A stretch of DNA of 64,000 bases from an uncultured Candidatus Entotheonella sp. (GCA_965217185.1 OZ244252.1:3360001-3424000); one strand, 5' to 3'. Positions 1 to 11,348 are shown, counted from the stretch's first letter. Notes: generated by a model from the sequence alone, not told the origin. A program made the numbers and translations.

Positions 1-1150
1 CCAGGCTGCCGTCGCCGAAATCCCCCCAACCGGTTACCAAGCCCAACTCGCAATCCTCCACCTGCAAGCCGGCTTCATGTCGCAATTGCCGGGTTGCCTC
101 CACAACGTGATTGAGCCCCCAAACGTGCGCCTCGGAATGCAAACCGCCATGCGTGTTGCAGGGCAAGTCGCCGTCGATTCGCAAGGTCCCGCCTTTGACA
201 AACTCACGCGACTCGCCCGCCCCGCAGAAACCAAGCGCTTCCAACTGCAGCATCACGACGTACGTAAAGCAGTCGTAAATCTGGGCAAAATCCATATCCC
301 GAGGCGTCACACCAGCCATTCCGAAGGCGTGCGGTGCGGCAAAGCTGAGGCCAATCTTGAAGAAATCGGAGCGATTCGGGATGTCGTCGGCGGGGTAGGG
401 ATGCCCTTCCGCAATGCCCATGATGTAGACGGGGTCATGTTGCAGGTCGAGAGCACGCTCCGCCGAGGTCACCACCACCGCACAGGCGCCGTCCGTTTCC
501 AGACAGCAGTCAAGCACACGGAAGGGGGAAGCAACCATGGGAGATTGGAGATACTGTTCCATGGTCAACGTACGACCATACATGTAGGCGCGGGGATTGT
601 GCTGAGCGTGGGAACGGCTGGCGAGGGCCACCTCGCCCATTTCTTCGTCCGTCGTGCCATGGAGTTCCCGATGCCGCGTCGCCAGCCAGGCGTAGTGCTG
701 AACCGGGGCCAGGGCACCATATGGGGCATAGTAATTGCGCAGGGCCTGACTCAGGGCGTTATCGGGCCGTGGCGCCGCGTCGGGCCGCTCGCGGCGACTG
801 ATGCGTGCTTCCGAGTAACCATTCCAGCCAAAAGGAACCAGCACGTTGCGGGCGACGCCCAGGGTGACGGCCATGGCAGCGCTCTGTAAGGCCGTCACCG
901 GGCTGGCACCGCCCATTTGCACTGTCGTGGAGTACCGCAGATCGCCCACCCCCAGATTGGCGGCCAGGGCTTCCTGGTAGATGTAGGAGGAGGACAGAAC
1001 GAAGCCGTCGATGTCCTGCACCGTCAATCCGGCGTCGCGGATGGCGTGCCGGGAGGCTTCCAGCACCAGACGCAGAACGGTTTTTTGTGACCCTCTGGTA
1101 TAAGCGCTTTCCCCAACCCCCACGATGCAGGCTTGGTCCTTCAAGGTCAT
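1..1150 (-). CDS. Thiolase-like protein (SCP-x/lipid-transfer-protein type), 3' end runs off the window
   Basis: Absent from the ORF track (no stop inside the window). Manual translation from ATG at 1150: [15 protein letters not shown]...[14 protein letters not shown]...AQIYDCFT...[21 protein letters not shown] upstream. Confidence 0.85.
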   Translation of the reverse strand, partial: MTLKDQACIVGVGESAYTRGSQKTVLRLVLEASRHAIRDAGLTVQDIDGFVLSSSYIYQEALAANLGVGDLRYSTTVQMGGASPVTALQSAAMAVTLGVARNVLVPFGWNGYSEARISRRERPDAAPRPDNALSQALRNYYAPYGALAPVQHYAWLATRHRELHGTTDEEMGEVALASRSHAQHNPRAYMYGRTLTMEQYLQSPMVASPFRVLDCCLETDGACAVVVTSAERALDLQHDPVYIMGIAEGHPYPADDIPNRSDFFKIGLSFAAPHAFGMAGVTPRDMDFAQIYDCFTYVVMLQLEALGFCGAGESREFVKGGTLRIDGDLPCNTHGGLHSEAHVWGLNHVVEATRQLRHEAGLQVEDCELGLVTGWGDFGDGSL

Positions 1151-1277
1151 GGATACGCTCCTCTCGGCGTGTTGTAACGGTCTCCGCAGGTACTTCATAC
1201 AGGCAAATCATGCTACCATACACTGTCTTCAGAACAAGAAAGCCCAGAGCATACCTTTGGAGAGGGAGCAGCGCCCC

Positions 1278-2564
1278 ATGTACGCCGAGCTTTTCCAGTT
1301 TCCCGTCGGCCGCGAGGGTTATTACGGACAGTTTGGCGGCGCATTCATCCCGGAAATCCTGCACGAAACCATTCGGGAATTGACGGCAGCCTTCAATGAC
1401 GCTCAGGCCGACCCTGCCTTCTGGGATACGTACGTTGCCTTGATGTCGAACTACTCCTGCCGCCCCACGCCACTGACCCATTTGGAAAATTTGAGTAAGG
1501 ATCTTGGCGGCGCACAGATTTACGTCAAGCGGGAAGACCTGAACCACACCGGCGCGCACAAGGTCAACAACGTGATGGGGCAGGGACTGCTGGTGCAGCG
1601 CATGGGGAAACAGCGGGTGATTGCGGAAACGGGAGCCGGCCAGCACGGCGTGGCCACGGCAACCATGGCGGCACGCATGGGATTTGAGTGCACGATTTAC
1701 ATGGGATCGGTGGATGTGGAGCGGCAGCGGCCGAACGTGTTCTGGATGGAGCAGCTGGGCGCACGCGTGGTGTCCGTAGACGACGGCACCAAGACGCTGA
1801 AAGACGCCATCAACGCCACGCTGCGCGATTGGGCCGACTCGATGCATACGACGCACTACGTCATGGGCACGGTGTGCGGTCCGCATCCCTTCCCGCAGAT
1901 GGTCACCTACTTCCAATCGCTCATTGGCCGGGAGGCCCGTTCGCAGATGTTGGAGCAGACTGGCAAGCTGCCCAAAAGGGTCTATGCGTGTGTCGGTGGC
2001 GGATCGAATGCCTCGGGGATCTTTGCCGGCTTTCTGGACGACGCGGAGGTGGAGTTGGTAGGCGTCGAAGCGGGCGGACTGGGTTTGGACAGCAGCCAGC
2101 ATGCGGCTCGGCTGGCGCGCAACGTAGGGTCCACCGGGGTTGCGCAGGGTTACAAAACACGCTTCCTGCAAAATGCCGAGGGGCAGATGCGGCCAACACA
2201 CTCGGTCTCGGCAGGTCTGGATTACGTTGGCGTAGGGCCCGTCTTGGCGTACCTGCACGACATTGGCCGTATCCGCGTTGAAGCCGCCACAGACGCCGAT
2301 GTCCTGGCCTCATTACAGCACGTGATGCGGCGCGAGGGCATCATTCCCGCCCTGGAAAGCACTCATGCTTTTGTTACCGCGCTGAAGGAAGCACCGGATT
2401 TGTCGCCGCAAGACAGCATTCTGATCAACCAGTCGGGGCGGGGCGACAAGGACATTTTCACGATCGCCGAAGCGCTCGGCGACGACCCCTGGCGGGCATT
2501 CTTGCGGCAAAAAGTGGGGGAATGGGATGCAGGGAAAACCGCAAACGACGGGATACCGGCATGA
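1278..2564 (+). CDS. trpB: Tryptophan synthase beta subunit
   Basis: KREDLNHTGAHK PLP motif, ETGAGQHG, CVGGGSNA, SAGLDY, PALES; start trimmed to the ATG after GAGGGAG. Confidence 0.97.
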   Translation: MYAELFQFPVGREGYYGQFGGAFIPEILHETIRELTAAFNDAQADPAFWDTYVALMSNYSCRPTPLTHLENLSKDLGGAQIYVKREDLNHTGAHKVNNVMGQGLLVQRMGKQRVIAETGAGQHGVATATMAARMGFECTIYMGSVDVERQRPNVFWMEQLGARVVSVDDGTKTLKDAINATLRDWADSMHTTHYVMGTVCGPHPFPQMVTYFQSLIGREARSQMLEQTGKLPKRVYACVGGGSNASGIFAGFLDDAEVELVGVEAGGLGLDSSQHAARLARNVGSTGVAQGYKTRFLQNAEGQMRPTHSVSAGLDYVGVGPVLAYLHDIGRIRVEAATDADVLASLQHVMRREGIIPALESTHAFVTALKEAPDLSPQDSILINQSGRGDKDIFTIAEALGDDPWRAFLRQKVGEWDAGKTANDGIPA

Positions 2565-3340
2565 CACCTGTGGAAGACTATATTCGCCAGCGCTTGCAGC
2601 GAAAACGGCTCCTGCTGATGACCCATGCCATCGTCGGATACCCGTCCTTCGAGGCCAACATGGCCATGTTGGAAGCCATGCAGCGGGCGGATGTTGACCT
2701 TGTGGAACTCCAGCTACCCTTCAGTGAGCCGATCGCCGACGGTCCGGTGTTCGTGCGCGCTAACCAATGCGCACTCGACGCCGGCGTTACCTGGGAAAAC
2801 TACTTCGCGTTCATGCAGCGGGTCACCGCCGCATTTGACTTCAAAGTCCTGATGATGGGCTACTACAACAGCATCCTTCAGATGGGTCACGAGCGCTTTT
2901 GCGCTTGCCTGGCGGAGCATGGCGGTGGCGGGTTCATCGTAGCCGATCTGCCGCCGGAAGAGGCTGACGACCTGCATCAATACGCTGCCGCCTACCAGCA
3001 AGCGCCGATTGTCATGATGACGCCGGTCAACTCCGAGCCGCGACTCCAGCAAATCGCCGCCAAAGCCAGTGGCTTCGTGTATTGCGTCGCGCGTCGGGGA
3101 GTTACCGGCCGCCAAACGCAAGTTGATGAGGGCCTTGAAGCCTTCATCGCACGTTGTCGTTCAGCCACACCCTTACCGATGGCGCTGGGATTTGGCCTCC
3201 GCACACATCAGGATTTACAGCGAGTCAAAGGCCTCGTTGACATCGGAATCATTGGCACTGCGTTGTTGACAGCCTGGGAGCAGGGCGGAGCGGAACGTTA
3301 CAGTGCCCTGTTGCAAGAATTAACATCGGCGGCGACGTGA
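2561..3340 (+). CDS. trpA: Tryptophan synthase alpha subunit
   Basis: VELQLPFSEPIADGP, RRGVTG, GFG; ATGA overlap with the trpB stop. Confidence 0.95.
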   Translation: MTPVEDYIRQRLQRKRLLLMTHAIVGYPSFEANMAMLEAMQRADVDLVELQLPFSEPIADGPVFVRANQCALDAGVTWENYFAFMQRVTAAFDFKVLMMGYYNSILQMGHERFCACLAEHGGGGFIVADLPPEEADDLHQYAAAYQQAPIVMMTPVNSEPRLQQIAAKASGFVYCVARRGVTGRQTQVDEGLEAFIARCRSATPLPMALGFGLRTHQDLQRVKGLVDIGIIGTALLTAWEQGGAERYSALLQELTSAAT

Positions 3341-3393
3341 CCAAGTACCGTCCCGCAAACATATAATGTCAACGGGTCAAGGAGGACAAAAAT

Positions 3394-3612
3394 ATGGCCA
3401 TCGTTCTGATGGAAGAAGTGCTCATGGGACTGGAAGACGCCAAGGATTCGTTGGAACAGGCCGTTCTAACGCTGGAAGGCATGACCGAAGACATGCATCC
3501 CGATATGGCGGATTTGAAGGAAGTCATTGAGCAGACGCTGGTGCTGCCTCTGCAGTCTCGTGCCGCGGTACTGGATACCTTGTTGGAAGAGGTCGCCGAT
3601 ACCATTTCATAG
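3394..3612 (+). CDS. Small acidic hypothetical protein (72 aa)
   Basis: TATAAT at 3362-3367 and AAGGAGG RBS at 3379-3385; helical-looking sequence. Confidence 0.75.
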   Translation: MAIVLMEEVLMGLEDAKDSLEQAVLTLEGMTEDMHPDMADLKEVIEQTLVLPLQSRAAVLDTLLEEVADTIS

Positions 3613-3622
3613 ATGGCCGGGC

Positions 3623-4537
3623 TCAATCGGTGTGATACCGGGGCACGACGAGTTTGGCCAACCGGGCCAACTGATCGTAGAACGCCGCGCCGGAAACCAT
3701 CGGGCGCAGGACAAATTTGCTGACCCCCACTTCCACGTATTCGTCGATGCGCCGCAGAATGGCATCCGGCTCACGCCAGGCAACGTAGGATTCGAACGGT
3801 GTGTCTGGGTCGATACGCCTCATCAACGTCTGGATCTCATCGCTGAGATCCCCATCCCCGAAGTGAAACGGAACGATCGTTCCGTAATGGTCCTCCGGCA
3901 CCTTTCGCCCATACACCTCGGCCGCGCTGCGAATCGCGCATACGGCTTTCCCTGCCTCCGACGGTGGTTGGTACGATCCCAAGAAGCCGTCGCCCAAACG
4001 GGCCACCCGCTTGTAAGCCGCCTGAGAGCGGCCCCCAAACCAGACCGGCAAGGGTTGCTGGCAAGGCTTGGGCTGGATGGTCAACTCGTGGGTGCTGTAG
4101 AACTCGCCCGCATGGGAAACCGCCTCTTCGCTCCACAAACGGCGCATCAGCGGCACGGCCTCATCGGTCATAGCGCCCCGGCGATGCGGCGTCCTGCCCA
4201 CCGCCAGCCACTCCGCTTCCTGAGCCAGCCCCAACCCGAAAGCCGGCAGCATGCGGCCCTTGCTGAGGAAGTCGATGGTGGCAATCTCCTTGGCCACGAT
4301 CAGTGGGTCGCGCACCGGCAGCACCGCCACGCTCATGCCGAATTTGATGCGTTGTGTCCGCCCTGCAATCATGGCCAATGCCGTGATGGGTTCGAGCGCC
4401 GGGGCAGGGTTGCGGATACGATCATTCAGCCAGATTGAATCCAGCCCGCTTTCTTCCACGAGATCCACCATTGCCCAGAAATCTTCGATGCTCCCGAACG
4501 GCCAGCCGGAAAATCCAATCCCGATCCGTATTTTCAT
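3623..4537 (-). CDS. LLM-class flavin-dependent oxidoreductase
   Basis: DSIWLND, EPITALAMIAGRT, VAKEIATIDFLSKGR, PKPCQQPLPVWFGG, RVARLGDG; start trimmed to MKIRIG. Confidence 0.92.
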   Translation of the reverse strand: MKIRIGIGFSGWPFGSIEDFWAMVDLVEESGLDSIWLNDRIRNPAPALEPITALAMIAGRTQRIKFGMSVAVLPVRDPLIVAKEIATIDFLSKGRMLPAFGLGLAQEAEWLAVGRTPHRRGAMTDEAVPLMRRLWSEEAVSHAGEFYSTHELTIQPKPCQQPLPVWFGGRSQAAYKRVARLGDGFLGSYQPPSEAGKAVCAIRSAAEVYGRKVPEDHYGTIVPFHFGDGDLSDEIQTLMRRIDPDTPFESYVAWREPDAILRRIDEYVEVGVSKFVLRPMVSGAAFYDQLARLAKLVVPRYHTD

Positions 4538-4571
4538 GCTTACCCTTCTCCCCGTCTGACGGTTGCAACCA

Positions 4572-6389
4572 TCACGCCGTCGGTGCACAGGCATCCCGCA
4601 GCCAAGCGCGGTATTCCGACGCCAGCAGCGGTTCCATCGTTTGCAAGACACGCTCGTGATACTGGTCGAGCCAAGCGGCCTCGGCGGCGGAAAGCTGTTC
4701 CTGGTCGATGAGGCGCTGGTCGAAGGGGATCAGCGTCAGCGGCTCGAACCGCAACCAACCCTTTCCGGACGGGTGCGGCGGCATGTCGTCATCAGGCACC
4801 ACGACGTACAGGTTCTCCAGGCGGATGCCGCCCCAGCCTTCTTCGTAGTAGCCGGGCTCGTTGGAGACCACCATGCCGGGCTTCAGCGCCTCGCCGCTGC
4901 CGTGCGGCGACAGGCGCTGCGGCCCCTCATGGACGTTGAGAAACGCGCCCACGCCGTGCCCGGTGCCGTGCCCGTAATCCAAACCGGCGTTCCACATCAG
5001 GGAACGCGCCACCGCGTCCAGCGCCGCGCCGCTGGTGCCTTCGGGAAATTTCTGCCTCGCCAGTTGGATGTGACAGCGCAGGACAAGGGTGTACAGTCGG
5101 CGTTGGCGGTCCGTGCCCGAGCCGACAACGACGGTGCGCGTGTCGTCCGTCGTTCCCCCCATGACCTGCGCCCCGGAATCCACTAGGAACAGGTCCCCGT
5201 CGGTAAGCAAAACGTCGTCGCTAGCCTGACTGTAGTGCACAATCGACCCGTTCGCCCCAGCCGCGGCAATGGTGGTGAAACTCAGGTCGCTGAATCCTTC
5301 TTCGCTGGAATACTCTTCGTGCAGCATTTCCGAGTACGCCCGTTCGCTCACGCCTTGGCCTGCGTCGAGAAGCTGCTCAAGACGGGCCAGACTGCGAATC
5401 TTCGCCGCCGCGGCATGTACATGCGCCCGCCGCATGCCGGCGACCTCGGCGTCGTTCTTCTCCGCTTTCATCGCCACCACGGGGTTGCGGCGTTCATGAA
5501 CGCGCACCGTCTCCGGCAGCAGCAAGCGCGTGCCCATCGTCGTACCGTCGGGGTCGAGCCACACCGCCTGTCCGGCCGGTATCTCCAACTGTCGCACCGC
5601 CTGGGGGTAAGCCTCATAAGCCTGGAAATCGATATGGCCCGCAAGCTCCTGCCGAAGGGCCGCAGAAGGTGTGGCGCGGGTGAAGCAGGTAGCACGCTCG
5701 CTCTCGACGATCAGGTAGGACTCGAACACCGGATTGTAGGCAATGTCGCTGCCCCGCAAGTTGGTGATCCAGGCGATCTCGTCCAGCTTCGTGACGATCA
5801 GCGCCGCGGCTCCGGCCTCGGTCATCCGTTGGCGAATGGCCGCCAGCTTGTCGCCGACCGGACGGCCCGTCACTTCATCGGGCAGAGCGTAGATCGGTTG
5901 CGCTGGCGCCGGCGGGCGGTCCTCCCACACCTCGTCAATCAGATTGACGTTGATCGGTACCAAGGCCGAACCGGACGCCGACAGGGCCGCAGCGTAGGAC
6001 ACATGGGACGCCATGGGGTGCAGAAACGGATCGAAGCCAACCCGCAGCGTCCCGCGCTGCTTCTCCATTTCCGTCAGCCAGCCCTTCAGGGTATAGGCGT
6101 CGGCCAATCCAACCTTGTGGACACGGAACTGATCGGTATCGACTTCCTGCTCGGCCTGCAGGTGGTAGCGCGAGTCCACGAACAGGTGATTCCCATGCGG
6201 CGACAGCAACACGTCGCCCGCCGACCCGGCAAAGCCGCTGATGGCGGCGCGGCGGCACTGGTAGGTTGGCACGTATTCGTTCAGGTGGGCATCGGAAGAG
6301 GGAACCAGATAGGCGTCAACCCGATATTCGGTCAGCCGCTGATAAATCCGTTCAAGCCATTGCACGAGACCGTCGGAAGCATCGGACAT
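4572..6389 (-). CDS. Xaa-Pro aminopeptidase (aminopeptidase P, M24, long three-domain type)
   Basis: [37 protein letters not shown]. Confidence 0.95.
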   Translation of the reverse strand: MSDASDGLVQWLERIYQRLTEYRVDAYLVPSSDAHLNEYVPTYQCRRAAISGFAGSAGDVLLSPHGNHLFVDSRYHLQAEQEVDTDQFRVHKVGLADAYTLKGWLTEMEKQRGTLRVGFDPFLHPMASHVSYAAALSASGSALVPINVNLIDEVWEDRPPAPAQPIYALPDEVTGRPVGDKLAAIRQRMTEAGAAALIVTKLDEIAWITNLRGSDIAYNPVFESYLIVESERATCFTRATPSAALRQELAGHIDFQAYEAYPQAVRQLEIPAGQAVWLDPDGTTMGTRLLLPETVRVHERRNPVVAMKAEKNDAEVAGMRRAHVHAAAAKIRSLARLEQLLDAGQGVSERAYSEMLHEEYSSEEGFSDLSFTTIAAAGANGSIVHYSQASDDVLLTDGDLFLVDSGAQVMGGTTDDTRTVVVGSGTDRQRRLYTLVLRCHIQLARQKFPEGTSGAALDAVARSLMWNAGLDYGHGTGHGVGAFLNVHEGPQRLSPHGSGEALKPGMVVSNEPGYYEEGWGGIRLENLYVVVPDDDMPPHPSGKGWLRFEPLTLIPFDQRLIDQEQLSAAEAAWLDQYHERVLQTMEPLLASEYRAWLRDACAPTA

Positions 6390-6603
6390 GATCGCACCTG
6401 CTCCTTCATAAGTTGCTGCGCTGTGTTACGATAACCGAATTGGCATGGTGTCGGGACATAGTATACTCTCTTTCTCTGAACCTATACGCACACTTATATT
6501 ACTGCGCTTGCATACAGGCTAACTCGACTTACGGCCCGCTCCCGGCGTCTGTATGACCGAAGAAATCACCCCCTGACCGCCGCGTGGAACAGGAGGCGTC
6601 ACC

Positions 6604-7428
6604 ATGACCCGCTCGGAGGCACCCGAAACCCTGGAAGGCTGGTACATCCAGCACGACATGTACACGGTGAAGTGGCCCGAGTGGCGCGCCATGACGCCAG
6701 CGGAGCGTGACGTCGTCATCGCTGAAAGCACCGACTGGCTGGCCGCGCAGGCCACTCCGGAACAGGGCATGAGCGCCTTCTTCAGCGTCCTGGGCCACAA
6801 GGCGGACATCCTGGCGGTGCATTTCCGGCCCACGCTGGAAGCCCTCAACGGCGTTGAGCTTGGGCTGCGCCAGACCGCGCTGTTCCCTTACCTGCAGCCT
6901 GCCTACAGCTATCTATCCGTCGTCGAGTTGGGCTTGTATGAGGTGCTGGGAGTCGTCAACCGGAAGCTCGCCGCGGAGGGTCTGGAGCCCGGCGTCGAGG
7001 GCTACGAGGCCGCCCGCGAACGCGAGTTGGCGGCGCAGAAAGAAGCGCTTCACCCTCGCCTCTATCCCGCCGTTCCGGCTGGCCGCTACGTGTGTTTCTA
7101 TCCCATGGACAAGAAACGCGGCGAGACCTACAACTGGTACGCGCTGTCCATGGAAGAGCGCCGGCAGTTGATGCGCGGCCACGGCATGGTGGGGCGCAAG
7201 TACGCCGGCAAGGTCATGCAGATCATCAGCGGCTCGGTGGGCTTCGACGACTGGGAATGGGGCGTGACCCTGTTCGCCGATGACCCGCTGGTGTTCAAGA
7301 AGCTGATTTACGAGATGCGCTTCGACCCCGCCAGTTCGCACTACGCCCTGTTCGGCGGCTTCTACGTCGGCATTCGCTTCGAGCCGTCCGAGGTCGGGGC
7401 GCTGCTGTCCGGCCAGCCGCCGGCGTAA
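6604..7428 (+). CDS. chdC: Coproheme decarboxylase (HemQ/ChdC)
   Basis: TLEGWY, SVVEL, FYPMDKKR..YNWY, HGMVGRKY, DDWEWGVTLF, YEMRFD; AGGAGG RBS. Confidence 0.9.
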   Translation: MTRSEAPETLEGWYIQHDMYTVKWPEWRAMTPAERDVVIAESTDWLAAQATPEQGMSAFFSVLGHKADILAVHFRPTLEALNGVELGLRQTALFPYLQPAYSYLSVVELGLYEVLGVVNRKLAAEGLEPGVEGYEAARERELAAQKEALHPRLYPAVPAGRYVCFYPMDKKRGETYNWYALSMEERRQLMRGHGMVGRKYAGKVMQIISGSVGFDDWEWGVTLFADDPLVFKKLIYEMRFDPASSHYALFGGFYVGIRFEPSEVGALLSGQPPA

Positions 7429-7438
7429 AGGAGACGCG

Positions 7439-8383
7439 ATGACGGCCTACATCCCGCACGGCGTGATTCCCGCCAACCTGCTGCCCTTCACGCCGGATTG
7501 GAAAATCGACGCCCCGGCGTATCGCCAACACCTGCGCGATCTGGCCGCAGTGGAGGACATCACCGCAATCACCACCAACGGCCACGCCGCCGAGGTGCAC
7601 GCGCTGTCTGTGGACGAGCAGCGCGAGGTGCTGGACATTACCCTGGACGAACTGGGCGACAGTCTGCCCATCATTTCCGGCATCTACGCGGACGACTCCC
7701 TGCAAGGCGCCCGGCTGGCCCGCCTGGCCCAAAGCGCCGGAGCCCGGTGCCTGCTGATTTTCCCGCCGCAGCCCTTCATCATGGGCGCCCAGCGTCGTCC
7801 CGAGATGGTCCTGACACATTTCGCCACCATCGCTTCGGCGACCGATTTGCCACTCATCGCTTTCAATTACCCGCTGGCCGGCGGGCAGGGCTATACCACG
7901 GACACCCTCGTCCGCCTCGCCGAAACGGTTCCCTCCGTCGTCGCCATGAAGGACTGGTGCAACGACGGGCTGCAACACACCAACAACATCAACGCCCTGC
8001 ACAACCTCGGACGCCCCTTCTCGGTACTCAGCACCCACAGCGCCTGGCTGCTCTCCTCGCTGGTGCTGGGCTGCGATGGCCTGCTGTCCGGCATGGGCAG
8101 CGTCGTGGCCGATCTGCAAGTGGCCCTTTGGCAGGCGGTGCAACGTTGCGACCTGGCCGAGGGCCAGCGTCTGCACGAACTTCTGCGTCCCTTGGTGCAG
8201 GTTTTCTACGCAGCACCAGCCGTGGACATGCACAATCGCATGAAGGAAGCTCTGGTTCTGTTGGGAAGACAGCAGCGCGCGGTCGTGCGTCCACCTCTCG
8301 TTCCCATCACCCCGGTCGAACGAGAAGCGTTGCGTCGCGCCCTGGTTGAAGCGCAGTTGTTGACGCTCTCCGCAGCCGACTGA
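7439..8383 (+). CDS. Dihydrodipicolinate synthase-family (DapA-like) aldolase/lyase
   Basis: Class I aldolase layout, Schiff-base K in VVAMKDW, C-terminal MKEAL..VRPPL; NGHAAE replaces GTTGE. Confidence 0.85.
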   Translation: MTAYIPHGVIPANLLPFTPDWKIDAPAYRQHLRDLAAVEDITAITTNGHAAEVHALSVDEQREVLDITLDELGDSLPIISGIYADDSLQGARLARLAQSAGARCLLIFPPQPFIMGAQRRPEMVLTHFATIASATDLPLIAFNYPLAGGQGYTTDTLVRLAETVPSVVAMKDWCNDGLQHTNNINALHNLGRPFSVLSTHSAWLLSSLVLGCDGLLSGMGSVVADLQVALWQAVQRCDLAEGQRLHELLRPLVQVFYAAPAVDMHNRMKEALVLLGRQQRAVVRPPLVPITPVEREALRRALVEAQLLTLSAAD

Positions 8384-8388
8384 CGACC

Positions 8389-8970
8389 ATGGATACCATG
8401 CAAAGCAAAATAGCCGACATCCTGCACGACGCCATCAGCACCAAACAGCGGCTGGCCGGCCATACCGAAAGCATCGAATGGTCCGCGCGCCTGCTCATCG
8501 ACGCGCTGGCAAAGGGCCATAAGGTCCTGGTTTGCGGCAACGGCGGTTCCGCCGCCGACGCCCAGCATATGGCCGGCGAACTGGTTGGCCGGTTCCAGAA
8601 GAACCGGCGCGGGCTGCCATGCGTGGCGCTGACGACCGACACCTCCATCCTGACCGCGTGCGCCAACGATTTCGGTTACGAAGAAGTATTCGCCAGACAG
8701 GTAGAGGCCATTGGCGCTGCCGATGATGTTCTCGTCGGCATCTCGACGTCGGGCAATTCAGCGAATGTCATCAAGGCTTTCGAGGCCGCCGCCAGCGCCG
8801 GGATGAAGCGAGTGGCCCTGACGGGCAACGACGGTGGTCACGTCGCGCAGATGGATGGCGTCCTGAGCATTGTCGTGCCGTCGTGTTCGACGCAGCGCAT
8901 CCAGGAGGGGCACCTCACCATCATCCACGTCCTGTGCGAGTTGGTGGAAGACGCCCTGTTCGGAAACTGA
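8389..8970 (+). CDS. gmhA: D-sedoheptulose-7-phosphate isomerase
   Basis: CGNGGSAADAQH, NDFGY, GISTSGNS, RIQEGH. Confidence 0.97.
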   Translation: MDTMQSKIADILHDAISTKQRLAGHTESIEWSARLLIDALAKGHKVLVCGNGGSAADAQHMAGELVGRFQKNRRGLPCVALTTDTSILTACANDFGYEEVFARQVEAIGAADDVLVGISTSGNSANVIKAFEAAASAGMKRVALTGNDGGHVAQMDGVLSIVVPSCSTQRIQEGHLTIIHVLCELVEDALFGN

Positions 8971-8986
8971 TACCCCATTGCCGCCC

Positions 8987-10447
8987 ATGAGCACACTGCC
9001 GCACAACCTCTGGCCTCGGAATCCGATACGGGTCCTCGTTGTCGGCGATGTCATGTGCGACACCTACCTGTCCGGGCACGTCTCCCGCATTTCCCCCGAG
9101 GCCCCGGTACCCGTATTCGAAAGCACCGAAAAACGGCACGTCTTAGGCGGCGCTGCCAACGTGGCGGCGAACCTTCGCGCCCTGGGTTGCGAGGTGCGTC
9201 TGGCGGGTGTGGTCGGCGACGACGTCACAGGGCGTTACGTGCGGGAGCAAGTGCGGGCGCAAGGCATTGCCGATGACCTTCTGGTGCAGGATGGCAGTCG
9301 CCCGACCACCGAGAAGACGCGCCTCATCGCCCGACACCAACAATTGGTGCGTTTGGATCAGGAAAGCCGCATGCCGTTACCGGCCGGGCTGATTGCCCAA
9401 ATTCTGGCGGGGGCCGAATCCATCCTGGCTGAAGTGGATGGCCTCATCTGCTCCGATTACAACAAAGGCGTCTGCACGCCCGACCTGTTAGCGCCCCTCT
9501 TTGCCAAAGCAAAGGCCGTCAATGTGCCAATTTTCGTCGATCCCAAGGCGCGGGACTTCGCCCAATACCGCGGCGCCACCGTGCTAACTCCCAACTTGGC
9601 CGAGGTCAGGCACGCGACGGGCGACCCCTTGGAAGAGGAAACGTCTCTGGCTACTGCCGCCGAATCGTTGTTGCGGCAAAGCGAAGCCCAAGCCCTTCTG
9701 GTGACGCGCGGCGAGGCGGGTATGAGCCTGTTCCATCCCCCGCAAGCCCCGCAGCATTTGCCCGCACATACCCGCGACGTGTACGACGTGACCGGAGCCG
9801 GGGATACCGTGATCGCCGCCTTTGCGGCCGCGGCCATCGGCGGCCTGTCATACGCGGAGGCGGCGCGGCTGGCCAACGTGGCGGCGGGTATCGTCGTCGG
9901 CAAGGCAGGCACGGCTGTTGCGCACCGGGAGGAACTGGAGGCTCATTTAGGGGTGCACAGCGCTCCCTGGCAAAGCAAATTGCGGACCTGCGACGAGTTG
10001 TCGAGGGCGCTTCAGCAGTATCGCCAGCGGGGCGAGCGAGTCGTCTTCACGAATGGTTGTTTCGACCTGTTGCACGGCGGCCACATTCACTACCTCCAGC
10101 AGGCGCGGGCGCTCGGCGATTGCCTGGTCGTGGCACTGAACGACGATGCCTCTGTACGCCTGCTGAAAGGGGATGATCGCCCCCTGCGCCCGCAGGACGA
10201 ACGGGCGCGCATGCTGGCCGCCCTCGCTTGCGTGGACTACGTGGTTCCGTTTGGTGAAGCCACCCCTTTGGCATTGATCAAATCCCTCAAGCCGGACGTG
10301 CTTGTCAAGGGCAGCGATTACACGCTCGAGACGGTGGTGGGCAGAGAAGAAGTGGAAGCATCCGGCGGCTCGGTGCACCTCATACCTTACATTGAGGGTG
10401 TTTCAACGACTGAACTCATTGACGAGTTGCTGCAACGCTATCGTTAA
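8987..10447 (+). CDS. hldE: Bifunctional heptose-7-phosphate kinase / heptose-1-phosphate adenylyltransferase
   Basis: RISPEAPVP, GGAANVA, DVTGAGDTV, FTNGCFDLLHGGH, LVKGSDY. Confidence 0.96.
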   Translation: MSTLPHNLWPRNPIRVLVVGDVMCDTYLSGHVSRISPEAPVPVFESTEKRHVLGGAANVAANLRALGCEVRLAGVVGDDVTGRYVREQVRAQGIADDLLVQDGSRPTTEKTRLIARHQQLVRLDQESRMPLPAGLIAQILAGAESILAEVDGLICSDYNKGVCTPDLLAPLFAKAKAVNVPIFVDPKARDFAQYRGATVLTPNLAEVRHATGDPLEEETSLATAAESLLRQSEAQALLVTRGEAGMSLFHPPQAPQHLPAHTRDVYDVTGAGDTVIAAFAAAAIGGLSYAEAARLANVAAGIVVGKAGTAVAHREELEAHLGVHSAPWQSKLRTCDELSRALQQYRQRGERVVFTNGCFDLLHGGHIHYLQQARALGDCLVVALNDDASVRLLKGDDRPLRPQDERARMLAALACVDYVVPFGEATPLALIKSLKPDVLVKGSDYTLETVVGREEVEASGGSVHLIPYIEGVSTTELIDELLQRYR

Positions 10448-10471
10448 GACACATTTACAAGGAGTTATGGC

Positions 10472-11314
10472 ATGATCAGGAGCAGAATCACCGACACCCT
10501 GCACGTTGGCGACGGCCGCCAACTCGCGCTGATCGGCGGCCCGTGCGTCATCGAGTCCGAGGATTTCACCCTCAGAATGGCCGACGGCATCCGCGAGGTC
10601 TGCGATCGTCTGGGCATCCCGATGATCTTCAAGTCCTCTTTCGACAAGGCCAACCGGACGTCCATCGATGCCTTCCGGGGCCACCCGATGGATGCCGGCC
10701 TCAAGATTCTCCAGCGCGTCAAGGACGAGGTTGGGGTGCCGGTGTTGACGGACGTGCACGAAAGCGACCAGGCGGCGACCGTGGCAGAGGTCGTGGACGT
10801 GCTGCAAATCCCGGCCTTTCTGTGCCGCCAAACCGACTTGCTACTGGCCGCCGCCGCCACGGGCCGGGCCGTCAACGTGAAGAAGGGCCAGTTCCTCGCC
10901 CCTTGGGACATGCGGCACGTGGTGGGCAAGCTGGAGTCCGGCGGCGCGCACGACATTCTCTTGACCGAGCGCGGCACCTGCTTCGGCTATAACGCCCTGG
11001 TGGTCGATTTCCGCGGCCTGCCGCAAATGCGCGAGCTTGGCTACCCCGTCGTTTTCGACGCCACGCACAGCGTACAGATGCCGGGAGGACAGGGGAGCCG
11101 ATCGGGCGGCCAGCGGCAATTCGTGCCCCATCTGGCACGCGCCGCCGCGGCGCTCGGCATCGACGTGCTGTTCATGGAAATCCACGCAGACCCCGACAAT
11201 GCCCCGAGCGACGGACCGAACATGGTTCCGCTGCACCAGCTCGAAGAGCTCCTGCAACAAGTGTTACGAGTGCGCGAAGCGCTTCAGGCGTCGCCGCCGG
11301 TCGTCTTGCAATAG
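10472..11314 (+). CDS. kdsA: KDO-8-phosphate synthase
   Basis: [43 protein letters not shown]. Confidence 0.97.
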   Translation: MIRSRITDTLHVGDGRQLALIGGPCVIESEDFTLRMADGIREVCDRLGIPMIFKSSFDKANRTSIDAFRGHPMDAGLKILQRVKDEVGVPVLTDVHESDQAATVAEVVDVLQIPAFLCRQTDLLLAAAATGRAVNVKKGQFLAPWDMRHVVGKLESGGAHDILLTERGTCFGYNALVVDFRGLPQMRELGYPVVFDATHSVQMPGGQGSRSGGQRQFVPHLARAAAALGIDVLFMEIHADPDNAPSDGPNMVPLHQLEELLQQVLRVREALQASPPVVLQ

Positions 11315-11348
11315 ATGCCGACGACACCGCATCACCGGGAGGCCCCGC

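Noticed and set aside
77..889. 270-aa plus-strand ORF
   Set aside because: Antisense shadow of the thiolase-like gene on the minus strand; no recognisable motifs
759..2258. 499-aa minus-strand ORF and many other long antisense ORFs (e.g. 21250-22533, 24623-26224, 38022-39422, 46899-48452, 59861-61033)
   Set aside because: They mirror well-supported genes; high-GC codon bias depletes antisense stop codons
6509..6560. Possible riboswitch before chdC (CATACAG...CTGTATG stem)
   Set aside because: Only a 7-bp pairing, with no recognisable riboswitch consensus
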